Assembly (NCBI GenBank): GCA_021299095.1
Contig: JAJTFW010000007.1
Span: 5,295-69,294, forward strand
Reading direction: 5' to 3'
Length of the DNA stretch: 64,000 nt
Origin: Sphingobacteriales bacterium
GTDB taxonomy: Bacteria > Bacteroidota > Bacteroidia > AKYH767-A > OLB10
This document shows, piece by piece, positions 1-8,825 of this stretch (the stretch's first letter is position 1; every line of letters begins with the position of its first letter). The notes beneath the pieces are model-generated. The model did not search any database. It was not told where the DNA came from and saw only the letters and a program-made list of their open reading frames with translations. The position numbers were made by a program, and so were the translations under genes.

Positions 1-459
1 GAAAATCTATCACTGCCCAAACAGTTTACGATTAGCACACTTGTCTTGCTTGTCAGTAGCTATTTGCTGACCCTTTGTCGCGGGTTCTTCCGTAATGACC
101 AGGGAAAACCACTTGCAATCACACTGGCTTCTACCCTCTTCTGTAGTCTGGTATTCGGGTATCTTCAGATTGACGGGTGGACCAGTTTGTACAGCAATGG
201 GCATGCGTTTGACGGTGCGGCGGGAACCACTTTCCTATATCTCATCACAGGATTGCATTTTTTACATGTATTCGGCGGGATGATTTACTTGTTTTTCCTG
301 AACATACGTTGTGCTGAAATGTTACAAGACGATGTCCGGCGAATCCTGTTTTTTTCTGATCCAGCCGAAGAAAGCAGATTACAGCTGTTCGGAATCTACT
401 GGCACTTTGTCGATGCCTTGTGGGTGTTCCTTTTTCTGACATTCTTATTCGCGCTTTAA
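1..459 (+). CDS. heme-copper (cytochrome c) oxidase subunit III family protein; 5' end lies outside the window
   Basis: The frame is open from base 1. The translation of ORF 46..459 shows subunit-III-like TM helices and motifs (GLHFLHVFGG, YWHFVDALWVFLF). Confidence 0.7.
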   Translation, partial: ENLSLPKQFTISTLVLLVSSYLLTLCRGFFRNDQGKPLAITLASTLFCSLVFGYLQIDGWTSLYSNGHAFDGAAGTTFLYLITGLHFLHVFGGMIYLFFLNIRCAEMLQDDVRRILFFSDPAEESRLQLFGIYWHFVDALWVFLFLTFLFAL

Positions 460-473
460 TTTACCGAATATGC

Positions 474-492
474 ATTACCTAAATTAGGTAAT
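474..492. promoter_or_regulatory. perfect 19-bp palindrome (attacctaa-a-ttaggtaat); possible operator site upstream of hbd
   Basis: Read directly from the sequence. The 9-bp arms are exact reverse complements around one central base, in the 90-bp gap between cox III and hbd. Confidence 0.3.
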
Positions 493-548
493 ATATTGGT
501 GGCTCTGCTTCCTTTAGTTTTGCAACTCATTTCAAACACATTTATTCC

Positions 549-1439
549 ATGAAAACGATTGCAGTAATCGGTTCCGGCCAAATGGGCAATGGTATTGCCC
601 ATGTTTTTGCACAAAGCGGATACAATGTAACCCTTGTTGATGTGCGCGAAGAGGCGCTCGCAAAAGCGATGGAGACCATTGCGCGAAATATGGATCGACA
701 GGTTGCCAAGGGAAGTCTTTCTGAAGCGGATAAAGCAGCTTCATTGTCTCGATTATCCACAACCACCGAATTAGCGAAGGGCGTTGAGTCTGCGGATCTT
801 GTGGTAGAGGCAGCAACCGAGCGTCTCGACCTGAAGCTGAAGATTTTTGCTGATCTGGATCGCTTGTGTGCTCCTGCTTGCATTTTGGCTTCCAATACTT
901 CCTCCATCAGTATCACACAAATTGCTGCTGCTACGGGACGTAACGATCGCGTTATCGGTATGCATTTCATGAATCCTGTTCCGGTGATGAAGCTCGTGGA
1001 GGTTATCCGTGGTTATGCGACCTCCGATGAAGTCACGAAAATCATTCTGGAGCTATCCAAAGCCTTGGGCAAGGTGCCTGTGGAGGTGAACGATTATCCA
1101 GGTTTTGTAGCCAACCGTATTCTTATGCCAATGATCAACGAATCGATTTACACCTTGTTTGAAGGTGTTGCCGGCGTATCCGAAATCGACACGGTGATGA
1201 AACTGGGTATGGCACATCCGATGGGGCCTCTTCAACTCGCCGATTTTATCGGTCTTGACACGTGCCTGAGCATTCTAAAAGTCTTGCATGAAGGTTTCGG
1301 AAATCCGAAATATGCTCCATGCCCGCTCCTGGTCAATATGGTCACGGCCGGACATCTCGGAGTGAAATCGGGCAGTGGATTTTACACCTACACACCGGGA
1401 GTAAAAGAGTTGGTGGTCTCACCTTCCTTTAGCAAGTAA
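549..1439 (+). CDS. hbd: 3-hydroxybutyryl-CoA / 3-hydroxyacyl-CoA dehydrogenase (NAD-binding)
   Basis: N-terminal Rossmann motif IAVIGSGQMGNGIA. Length and C-terminal domain (GPLQLADFIGLD) are typical of Hbd. Confidence 0.85.
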   Translation: MKTIAVIGSGQMGNGIAHVFAQSGYNVTLVDVREEALAKAMETIARNMDRQVAKGSLSEADKAASLSRLSTTTELAKGVESADLVVEAATERLDLKLKIFADLDRLCAPACILASNTSSISITQIAAATGRNDRVIGMHFMNPVPVMKLVEVIRGYATSDEVTKIILELSKALGKVPVEVNDYPGFVANRILMPMINESIYTLFEGVAGVSEIDTVMKLGMAHPMGPLQLADFIGLDTCLSILKVLHEGFGNPKYAPCPLLVNMVTAGHLGVKSGSGFYTYTPGVKELVVSPSFSK

Positions 1440-1491
1440 TTTCTCGGATTGGTAATTCTAAGTCAATCCGTTTCTTCGTAAACTCCTGAAT

Positions 1492-2892
1492 ATGCAACTG
1501 ACTTTTTTTGGTGCAGCGCGGACCGTAACCGGTAGCAAACACCTTATTACCACTGCGCGCGGAAAGAAGATCCTGCTCGATTGTGGACTTTTCCAAAATA
1601 AGGGAGGAGACAACCAAGATGTGAACAGGCATTTCGGCTTCGATCCTTCCGAAATCGATGCCTTGATTCTTTCCCATGCGCACATCGATCACTCAGGAAA
1701 CATTCCGCATCTGGTCCATCAGGGATTTTCAGGAACCATTTACGCGACACCGGCAACGGTTGACCTGTGCCAAATCATGCTAGCCGACAGTGCGCATATC
1801 CAAGAGAGCGATACAGCATACCTCAACAGGAAGCGGGCTAAAAATGGAAGTCGTCCACTATCTCCACTTTATAGCATCGAAGATGTGTATCAGGCCATGC
1901 GTCAGTTTGTGGCGGTACCGCTGAACGAATGGAATGTTATAGACCAGCATATCCGTTTCTTGTTGACCGAGGCAGGGCACATTCTTGGCAGTGCGGCCGT
2001 GTCGATCGTTTTTGATGAACCAGAAGGCGAACGAAAGGTGTTTTTTTCGGGCGATACGGGCCGAAGCGGGGACATCATCCTTCCTCCTCCTGCCCCGTTT
2101 CCTCAGGCAGACATCCTCATTACCGAATCGACTTACGGTGACCGATTACATGAATCGGTGCATGATGCCGAGCAGCATTTGTTGCGTGTGGTAAAGGAAA
2201 CCTGTGTAGATCGCAGGGGCAAACTTATTATTCCTGCTTTTTCGCTTGGTCGTACACAAGAGCTGGTGTACACGCTTAATCGGCTGCACAACAGTGGCGA
2301 GCTACCTCATATTCCGGTCTATGTCGATTCGCCACTTGCCATCAGCGCTACTGCGATTATGCAAAAGCACCGGAACACTTTCAATCCGGAAATCATCGAA
2401 TACATGAAGAAGGATGAAGATCCTTTCGGTTTCGACAAACTGGTGTACGTACGCGATGCAGATTCATCTAAGGCCCTCAATACCCTTGAAGAACCCTGCA
2501 TCATCATTTCTGCTTCGGGTATGCTTGAGGCGGGTCGTATCAAGCATCATATAAAGAACACCATTGGCGATCGAAAAAACACCATTCTAATTGTCGGTTT
2601 TGTGCCCCCTGGCTCACTGGGCGCACGATTGATTGAGGGTCAACCTGAGGTTCGGATTTTCGGAAAGATGCACACGGTGAAGGCTCGTGTAGAAGTGTTG
2701 GATGCCTATAGTGCGCATGCCGATTACAAAGAACTTATGGATTATCTCTCCTGCCAACAGCCCCATCTGGTGTCGCGGGTATTCTTAGTCCATGGAGAAG
2801 AGAAAGCCCTGCTTGCCTTTAAAAACCGACTGCATGGCAAAGGGTTTAGTGATATCGTGATACCCACGCAGGGTGAGTCCTTCTATATTTAG
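1492..2892 (+). CDS. MBL-fold beta-CASP family hydrolase (RNA-metabolising, CPSF/RNase J-like)
   Basis: HAHIDHSG metallo-beta-lactamase motif and a C-terminal AHAD motif. The 466-aa length is typical of beta-CASP proteins. Confidence 0.8.
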   Translation: MQLTFFGAARTVTGSKHLITTARGKKILLDCGLFQNKGGDNQDVNRHFGFDPSEIDALILSHAHIDHSGNIPHLVHQGFSGTIYATPATVDLCQIMLADSAHIQESDTAYLNRKRAKNGSRPLSPLYSIEDVYQAMRQFVAVPLNEWNVIDQHIRFLLTEAGHILGSAAVSIVFDEPEGERKVFFSGDTGRSGDIILPPPAPFPQADILITESTYGDRLHESVHDAEQHLLRVVKETCVDRRGKLIIPAFSLGRTQELVYTLNRLHNSGELPHIPVYVDSPLAISATAIMQKHRNTFNPEIIEYMKKDEDPFGFDKLVYVRDADSSKALNTLEEPCIIISASGMLEAGRIKHHIKNTIGDRKNTILIVGFVPPGSLGARLIEGQPEVRIFGKMHTVKARVEVLDAYSAHADYKELMDYLSCQQPHLVSRVFLVHGEEKALLAFKNRLHGKGFSDIVIPTQGESFYI

Positions 2893-2894
2893 TC

Positions 2895-2915
2895 GAAACT
2901 GACTTTTGTCAGTTT
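2895..2915 (+). terminator. hairpin gaaactgac-tttt-gtcagttt just after the beta-CASP gene; possible terminator without a clear U-tract
   Basis: Perfect 8-9 bp inverted repeat, 3 nt after the stop codon. No T-run follows it. Confidence 0.35.
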
Positions 2916-2984
2916 GCACGCTGACTAGGGTTTTTCGCTTCCGATTTCACCAGGACTAGTTTTGGTCATCCTAAATCCAAAACC

Positions 2985-3182
2985 ATGAAATCGAACGAAA
3001 GCACAACCGACCGCGTCATCCGCATGTTTCTAGGTGTATCGGTATCCATGTATTTTGTATATCACAACTCAGTCTGGGCCTTGGTTGGTCTGATTCCCTT
3101 TGTAACCGGAGTCATCGGTTTTTGCCCATTGTACGCCGTTCTTGGAATCAGTACACTCAAAAAGGAAACCCAGGAAGGCTGA
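2985..3182 (+). CDS. DUF2892 (YgaP-like) small membrane protein
   Basis: 65 aa with two TM helices and a C-terminal GFCPLY motif characteristic of DUF2892. Confidence 0.6.
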   Translation: MKSNESTTDRVIRMFLGVSVSMYFVYHNSVWALVGLIPFVTGVIGFCPLYAVLGISTLKKETQEG

Positions 3183-3236
3183 TTTTCGCCTCGTTTCATT
3201 CCCTATTTTTAATCGGCCACAGTCTGGCATAACGGT

Positions 3237-4481
3237 ATGGAACATTTCAAAAAGTCGGAGCTGATATACACCCTGTTTAACAATGCAACCGAAGGCATCG
3301 TGTTGGCTGACGCAAAGGGCATAATCTCGCTGGTGAATCCGGCTGCTGCACTCATGTTCGGTTACAACCCCAACGACCTTATCGGACAAGCGATTGAAAC
3401 CCTTGTACCCGATCAACTGAGAAAAAAGCACGTGGGCAACCGTGAGCAATTTCAGGGTCAAACTCAATCCCGACCCATGGGTGTGGGTATTGATTTGTTT
3501 GCCCGTGCTAAGGATGCACGCCTTATTCCAGTCGAAATCAGCCTGAGCCCGATTATCATTAATGGAGAACGGTATACAGTAGCCTTCATCATTGACATCA
3601 CCGTGAGAAAAGAGATAGAACGATCCGTTTTGGAGAAGCAGTCGGAACTGGAGCGTGTTGCCCAGGCTCTCATCGCTACCAATGAAGGACTAGAAAAAAA
3701 AGTGAATGACCGCACCAAGGTGTTACAAGAAGCCATTCGTGAATTGGAAAAATCCCGATCGGATTTAAGTGCTGCATTGGAGAAGGAGAAGGACCTGAAT
3801 GATTTGAAGTCAAGGTTTATCTCGATGGCATCCCATGAATTCAGAACGCCACTAACAACCATTTTGAGTTCAGCCGGACTGATTGCCGAATACAATGAAG
3901 GTGAAACACACGCCGATCGTAGGCTTAAACATCTTGATCGGATTCGAAATGCGGTGAACAATCTAAACGATATCCTAAGCGACTTTCTATCTCTTTCCAA
4001 GCTGGAGGAGGGGAAAATTCGTGCAGAGTATACCGAATTTGTCTTGTCCGACCTCGTGCGGGAAGTCATTGGTGATCTTCAGGTGAATACCAAAGCAGGT
4101 CAGCAGATTGTGTACACGCACAAGGGACGTGAACGCGTTGTTCTGGATCCCAAACTGCTCAAGAACATCCTCATCAATCTGGTGAGTAATGCAATCAAAT
4201 TTTCTCCTGAACAAAAAAACATTCGGGTTAATACCGAGGCGTTTGACCTTACCATCAGGCTTGAGGTGGCTGACGAAGGAATCGGCATCAGCGAGGAGGA
4301 CCAGAAACACCTCTTTGAGCGGTTCTACCGGGGTAAGAATGCATTTAATATTCAGGGCACAGGCCTCGGATTAAACATCGTCGGCAATTACGTCGATCTT
4401 TTAAAAGGACATATCTCCCTTGCAAGTCAGCTCGACGCAGGGACGACCATTAAAATCACATTTCCACATCTGATTTCCTAA
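3237..4481 (+). CDS. cytoplasmic PAS-domain sensor histidine kinase
   Basis: PAS region, coiled coil, H-box SHEFRTPLT, and N/G boxes (LVSNAIKFS, GTGLGL). No TM segment is visible. Confidence 0.85.
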   Translation: MEHFKKSELIYTLFNNATEGIVLADAKGIISLVNPAAALMFGYNPNDLIGQAIETLVPDQLRKKHVGNREQFQGQTQSRPMGVGIDLFARAKDARLIPVEISLSPIIINGERYTVAFIIDITVRKEIERSVLEKQSELERVAQALIATNEGLEKKVNDRTKVLQEAIRELEKSRSDLSAALEKEKDLNDLKSRFISMASHEFRTPLTTILSSAGLIAEYNEGETHADRRLKHLDRIRNAVNNLNDILSDFLSLSKLEEGKIRAEYTEFVLSDLVREVIGDLQVNTKAGQQIVYTHKGRERVVLDPKLLKNILINLVSNAIKFSPEQKNIRVNTEAFDLTIRLEVADEGIGISEEDQKHLFERFYRGKNAFNIQGTGLGLNIVGNYVDLLKGHISLASQLDAGTTIKITFPHLIS

Positions 4482-4484
4482 ACC

Positions 4485-5549
4485 ATGAACAACAAGAAAA
4501 TTTTGCTTATTGAAGACAACAGCGATGTCCGTGAAAACACGGCTGAGATTCTCGAACTTGCCAACTACAATGTGGTAACCGCACCTGATGGAAAAGAAGG
4601 TGTTGAAATTGCCAGACACGAAAAGCCGGATTTAATCATCTGTGATATCATGATGCCCGGCTTGGACGGATACGGAGTGCTTCATTTGATTAGTAAGGAC
4701 AGCGCCTTGGCAATGGTTCCCTTCATTTTCCTGACTGCCAAAGCCGAACGTAGCGATATGCGAAAGGGAATGGACTTGGGAGCGGATGATTACATCACAA
4801 AGCCTTTCGACAAAACCGAGTTACTGAATGCGGTTGAGAGCCGCATCCGAAAATCGGATCTCCTGCACAAGGAATATGGAAAAGATATCGAGGGACTGGG
4901 TACCTTCATCAGTGATGTAGCGGGCGGAACAGCTTTGAAGCGTTTTTTGGAAGGCAAACGTGTGAACCACTACCGGAAAAAAGAATCGATTTATCTGGAA
5001 GGGAATTATCCCAGCGGTATGTATTACGTAACCAGCGGAAAAATCAAAATTTTCAAAACACACGAGTACGGAAAAGAATTGATCACTGATTTGCTCAAGG
5101 AGGGTGATTTTTTCGGTTACACGGCCTTGCTCGAAGAGAATCCATACAACGAGTCGGCCGAAGCGCTGGAGGATTCTGAGGTTACGTTTATTCCGAAAGA
5201 GGAATTTCAGGGTTTACTATTTGGTAACCCAGCTGTGACAAAGAATTTTCTGAAGATTTTGACCAAAGGTGTACTCGACAAGCAAGAGCTATTGTTAAAG
5301 TTGGCCTATAGTTCGGTAAGGAAGCGCACGGCAGAAGCCTTGATCTTGCTACAAGACAAGTACAAGCAGGATGATGATGCGCATTTCGAGATGGCTATCG
5401 CACGGGAAGATTTAGCCAACATCGTTGGTACTGCAACCGAATCACTGATTCGTACACTAAGTGATTTCAAAGAAGAAAAACTTGTAGAGATACGCGATGG
5501 AAAAATTCGGGTACTTGATGCGGATAAACTCAGGAAACTAAAAGCGTAA
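4485..5549 (+). CDS. response regulator with REC + cyclic-nucleotide-binding (CAP effector) + Crp-type HTH domains
   Basis: REC motifs (LLIEDN, DLIICDIMMPGLDG, TAK). These are followed by a cNMP-binding-like beta-barrel (GDFFGYTALL) and a C-terminal HTH (REDLANIVGTATESLIRTLSDF). The gene starts 4 nt after the HK stop. Confidence 0.8.
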   Translation: MNNKKILLIEDNSDVRENTAEILELANYNVVTAPDGKEGVEIARHEKPDLIICDIMMPGLDGYGVLHLISKDSALAMVPFIFLTAKAERSDMRKGMDLGADDYITKPFDKTELLNAVESRIRKSDLLHKEYGKDIEGLGTFISDVAGGTALKRFLEGKRVNHYRKKESIYLEGNYPSGMYYVTSGKIKIFKTHEYGKELITDLLKEGDFFGYTALLEENPYNESAEALEDSEVTFIPKEEFQGLLFGNPAVTKNFLKILTKGVLDKQELLLKLAYSSVRKRTAEALILLQDKYKQDDDAHFEMAIAREDLANIVGTATESLIRTLSDFKEEKLVEIRDGKIRVLDADKLRKLKA

Positions 5550-5587
5550 GAGAAGTTGAATTGAACATCCCCGGTGGTACGCGACAC

Positions 5588-6025
5588 TCAGTACAGGTCC
5601 GTATCGTCGGGGTTGGTTCTTTCCTCGCGGATTTGACGGGATAGCTCTGCACCCTCCTCGTTTTGTTGAGCAAGTGTCCACGCATCTGTTGCCGAAGTCT
5701 CCAGCCACACATTTCCTGACTTGCGGAAAACCTGGGCCGATAGACCGAAGTCATCGTACAGCTTCGCCTCGAGTTGACTAACGGTCATTTCACGGTTGAT
5801 GTGTAGCAGTCCCTCACTCTTCTTCATTCTGCAGTCTGATACTGTCTTGTTTTGGTCGTGTAGAAGTGCACGGGAACTGGCCTCCCCAATACGGTGGGGT
5901 GCTTTGAAAAACTCGATTTTGAGGTAGGGAAATGCATTACTGAACTCCTCTTGCAACTCACGGAGTTTGCGTGAATCGCGGATATCTATGCCCATCGCGT
6001 GACTAGGTTGACTGCTCGAATACAT
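5588..6025 (-). CDS. hypothetical protein (no recognised domain); alternative start at M11 (5995)
   Basis: The ORF shows normal amino-acid composition and is convergent with the regulator gene. Confidence 0.5.
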   Translation of the reverse strand: MYSSSQPSHAMGIDIRDSRKLRELQEEFSNAFPYLKIEFFKAPHRIGEASSRALLHDQNKTVSDCRMKKSEGLLHINREMTVSQLEAKLYDDFGLSAQVFRKSGNVWLETSATDAWTLAQQNEEGAELSRQIREERTNPDDTDLY

Positions 6026-6418
6026 GGGAACTGGTCTTAATTAACCTTTCTAACGCACAAAGATGTGCTTGTGTTTTTGAATTCGCAATGATATCCGTCA
6101 ATCAGAACCTGAATTAGATTACCCTGAGCATGGGGTAACTGGAAATTCAAGACTGAAAATTATAGGTGCTTTCATCCATTTCCCGTGTTGCGGAATTGGG
6201 TGCTGAATGACCTTCAGACTATGGGTTTATGGTCTGCCGTTGAATCTGAATTGAGTGGAAACTCTGCCCAAAAAAGTGGAGCAATTGATCTTATCGATTC
6301 AGCAATGGAAATCTTCAAAAAATTAGATTTCAACCATTAGACGGATAAATCCCTTAGTGAAGCGATGGTGCTACAGAATCCGTGTTGCAAGGACCCTGTA
6401 ACTAAATCTAGCACCGAC

Positions 6419-7252
6419 TTAGTCAATCATATGCGTTACGAGCACAGGTACATCGGTCTTTAGGCTTACGCGTTTGGTGATGCTTGTGTTGGTCAATGAT
6501 TTGAGGAGCCCTCGGTGGTGTGTAGCCATGGCAAGGCAATCGGCTTTTTCCTGTTTCAAAAAATAGGTGATGCCATCGGCAACGTTTAAATCGGTACAGA
6601 GAAAGCCCTTCATTTTTGGATAGAGAACATGCTGCCTGATGCGGTGAGTGACGCGTTCCAAATCACGCTCATCGTGGACCAGGTTCTTATTGTCGATGTT
6701 CAGAAAAATCAGTTCAGAGTTGAACGATTTAGCAAATGCGGCCACATGATTAGCGGCCTGAAGATTCTCATCTGAAAGGTCAGTTGTGTAGACGATTTTA
6801 CGGAATCCAGCGTATTTCGCTTTGGGTGGAACCATCAGTACATTGCACGTTGCTTCACGAATGACTCTCGATGCATTGCTTCCAATTAGCAGACGCTGAA
6901 TTTCCGAACTCGCAGTTGTTGCCATTACAATCAGGTCGGCTTTCTTTTCAATGGCGGTTTCCGTGATACGTGCAGAGGGTAATCCCTGCTGAAGGATCAT
7001 TTCAAACCGAATGTCTTTGGCTTTGGGAAGTATGGATAGCTGGAAAGCGTGCAGTTGCCTCAGTGCTGCATCATGGATGGCTGCGTAGTCAATGGCTACT
7101 CCGGCAATTGTGGCATCGGTGTAAATGACCGGAGTCTCATAAGCGTGCATGAGTAAGATTGTACTCTTGAATTTCCTGGCCAATTCGACAGCATACAATA
7201 CGGAATTGACGGCGTTTTTAGAAAAATCAGTCGGGCAAAGGATGGTTTTCAT
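6419..7252 (-). CDS. universal stress protein with tandem UspA domains
   Basis: 277 aa with two Usp-like halves (ILCPTDFS..., VYTTDLS...; the first half contains GSNASRVIREATCNVLMVP). Confidence 0.8.
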   Translation of the reverse strand: MKTILCPTDFSKNAVNSVLYAVELARKFKSTILLMHAYETPVIYTDATIAGVAIDYAAIHDAALRQLHAFQLSILPKAKDIRFEMILQQGLPSARITETAIEKKADLIVMATTASSEIQRLLIGSNASRVIREATCNVLMVPPKAKYAGFRKIVYTTDLSDENLQAANHVAAFAKSFNSELIFLNIDNKNLVHDERDLERVTHRIRQHVLYPKMKGFLCTDLNVADGITYFLKQEKADCLAMATHHRGLLKSLTNTSITKRVSLKTDVPVLVTHMID

Positions 7253-7275
7253 GGCTTGTTGGTTCGGAGTTTACG

Positions 7276-8298
7276 TTAATCAAGGCTGTGCTTATCGTCC
7301 CGCATGAGGTTTTCGCGATTCCATTCCACAAGAGCCTTAAATGCATCATGGCGGTAGGCGCAGGTTGAAACGGCACACAGGGAACAGGGTTTTTTCATGC
7401 ATGGATCGGTGTGAATGAACACCTCGATTTTCTGATTGAATCCGGCGTTGAGCGTCCGTTCAAATCGCTTCACCTCTTCGTGCGCCTCGTCCAGGTTGAG
7501 GTAGAACGGCATGGTGAGATGGCAGTCGACATGCAGGTTATTGCCGAACTTCTGAAGCCGCAGGTTGTGTACATCGATCCACTCGGGGCGACGTTTTTCT
7601 TGCAGGATGCGACCAAGTTTGTCGATGGAGTCAAAATCTGCACGATCCATTAAACGGTCGTGGGCTTCTTTTAGCAGACCGAATCCACTGTACATGATGT
7701 GTAGCGATAAAAGGATGGCAAGCACCGGATCAAGCCATAGTAAACCGGTCAATCGGTAAAGAAACAATCCACCGAGCAGTCCGATACTCGTTATTGCATC
7801 GGCCCGAAAGTGGGCTGCGTCTGCAATCAATGGTAAGGAGTCGAGGCTTTCGCCTTTGCGCTTCATGTATACCGAAATGGCCGACATGGCTAATACCGAA
7901 ACGCCTGTAAGGATCATTCCACTATCTACATCCTGCAATTCATGGGGTTGAATCAGGTGGAATATCGATTGATAAATGATGTAAAGACCTGTTCCGAAGA
8001 TCAGCATCCCCTCTATTCCAACGGCGAAATATTCGATTTTTCCGTGACCATACGGATGATCCTGATCCCGGAGTCGAGCACCGTATACCAGGCTGAAGAG
8101 TGTAATGGAACTGGTTGCTATGTTAATCAGGGATTCAAGCGCATCGCTCAATACTGCCTGAGATTTCGACATCCACCAGGCCGTCAGTTTTACGGCCATG
8201 ATCAGGATGCTGAATAATATCACCCAACGAACCGCGCTAACCTTGGATCGAATATCAATGGTTTTGCCGTTGACCGGTCGCGAAGATTCTCCGATCAT
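7276..8298 (-). CDS. cation diffusion facilitator (CDF) family metal efflux transporter
   Basis: Six predicted TM helices, LSDALESL and HFRADA motifs, and a C-terminal cytoplasmic domain with a Cys/His-rich tail. Confidence 0.85.
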   Translation of the reverse strand: MIGESSRPVNGKTIDIRSKVSAVRWVILFSILIMAVKLTAWWMSKSQAVLSDALESLINIATSSITLFSLVYGARLRDQDHPYGHGKIEYFAVGIEGMLIFGTGLYIIYQSIFHLIQPHELQDVDSGMILTGVSVLAMSAISVYMKRKGESLDSLPLIADAAHFRADAITSIGLLGGLFLYRLTGLLWLDPVLAILLSLHIMYSGFGLLKEAHDRLMDRADFDSIDKLGRILQEKRRPEWIDVHNLRLQKFGNNLHVDCHLTMPFYLNLDEAHEEVKRFERTLNAGFNQKIEVFIHTDPCMKKPCSLCAVSTCAYRHDAFKALVEWNRENLMRDDKHSLD

Positions 8299-8723
8299 GG
8301 ACGAACTGGAAACAGGGCGTCAAGGTGTAATACATCCTGTTCAAGGGGAAGCAGCAGAAGCAGGAAGCCGATGCAAATGAGCCGAACAAAGACATGCTGG
8401 GTATCCCATACCGGCTTAAGCATCGAAAAACCAAAGGATGCCACCAGTAAATCTGCGCCCAACAGCAAAGTCGCTGGATAGCGAAATAGACCGAGTATAA
8501 GTAGCATCCCTCCAATCAGCTCTGCCCAGGAGGTGAAGGCTGCAAAAATCCGAACCATACCCAAGGGGATTTTCTTCTCCGACATGGGCCCACGCAAGGT
8601 TTCAGCGACGGCTGAGGGGCCGAGTCGGAAAACTTTATCATAGCCCTGAAAAAAAAACAAAATGCCTGCAAACAATCGGATCAGCAACGTAAGCGCGGCC
8701 ATGGGTTCAATGCTCAGGTTCAT
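8295..8723 (-). CDS. DoxX family membrane protein
   Basis: 142 aa with four TM helices and a DoxX-like FFFQGYDKV motif. It overlaps the CDF start by 4 nt, which suggests an operon. Confidence 0.7.
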   Translation of the reverse strand: MNLSIEPMAALTLLIRLFAGILFFFQGYDKVFRLGPSAVAETLRGPMSEKKIPLGMVRIFAAFTSWAELIGGMLLILGLFRYPATLLLGADLLVASFGFSMLKPVWDTQHVFVRLICIGFLLLLLPLEQDVLHLDALFPVRP

Positions 8724-8746
8724 GGGATGGTCTTTCTGCGAAAATA

Positions 8747-8760
8747 GCGATTGAAATCAG
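8747..8760 (-). promoter_or_regulatory. FNR/CRP-like box CTGATTTCAATCGC (minus-strand reading) next to a TATTTTCG -7-like box upstream of doxX
   Basis: Read from the sequence. It shares the 9-mer GACTGATTT with the box upstream of hsp20. Confidence 0.3.
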
Positions 8761-8771
8761 TCTGTAAACCG

Positions 8772-8802
8772 AAAAAAGGCTGCACGATGATCTGTGCAGC
8801 CT
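8772..8802 (-). terminator. rho-independent terminator of hsp20
   Basis: Minus strand: aggctgcac-agatcatc-gtgcagcct followed by tttttt, 24 nt after the hsp20 stop. Confidence 0.65.
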
Positions 8803-8825
8803 ACACCTAAACCTGCAAATTGTAA

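Noticed and set aside
3464-4069. A 201-aa ORF antisense to the histidine kinase. Similar long antisense ORFs occur at 35514-36077 (pntAA), 30703-31212 (rpsA), 57409-57954 (floA), 60382-61074 and 61378-61851 (T9SS protein), 50852-51355 and 48578-49066 (the 1487-aa gene), 22431-22889 (aminotransferase) and 9459-9920 (M23 peptidase).
   Set aside because: In every case the opposite strand encodes a protein with clear family motifs, and the antisense products are compositionally skewed and featureless.
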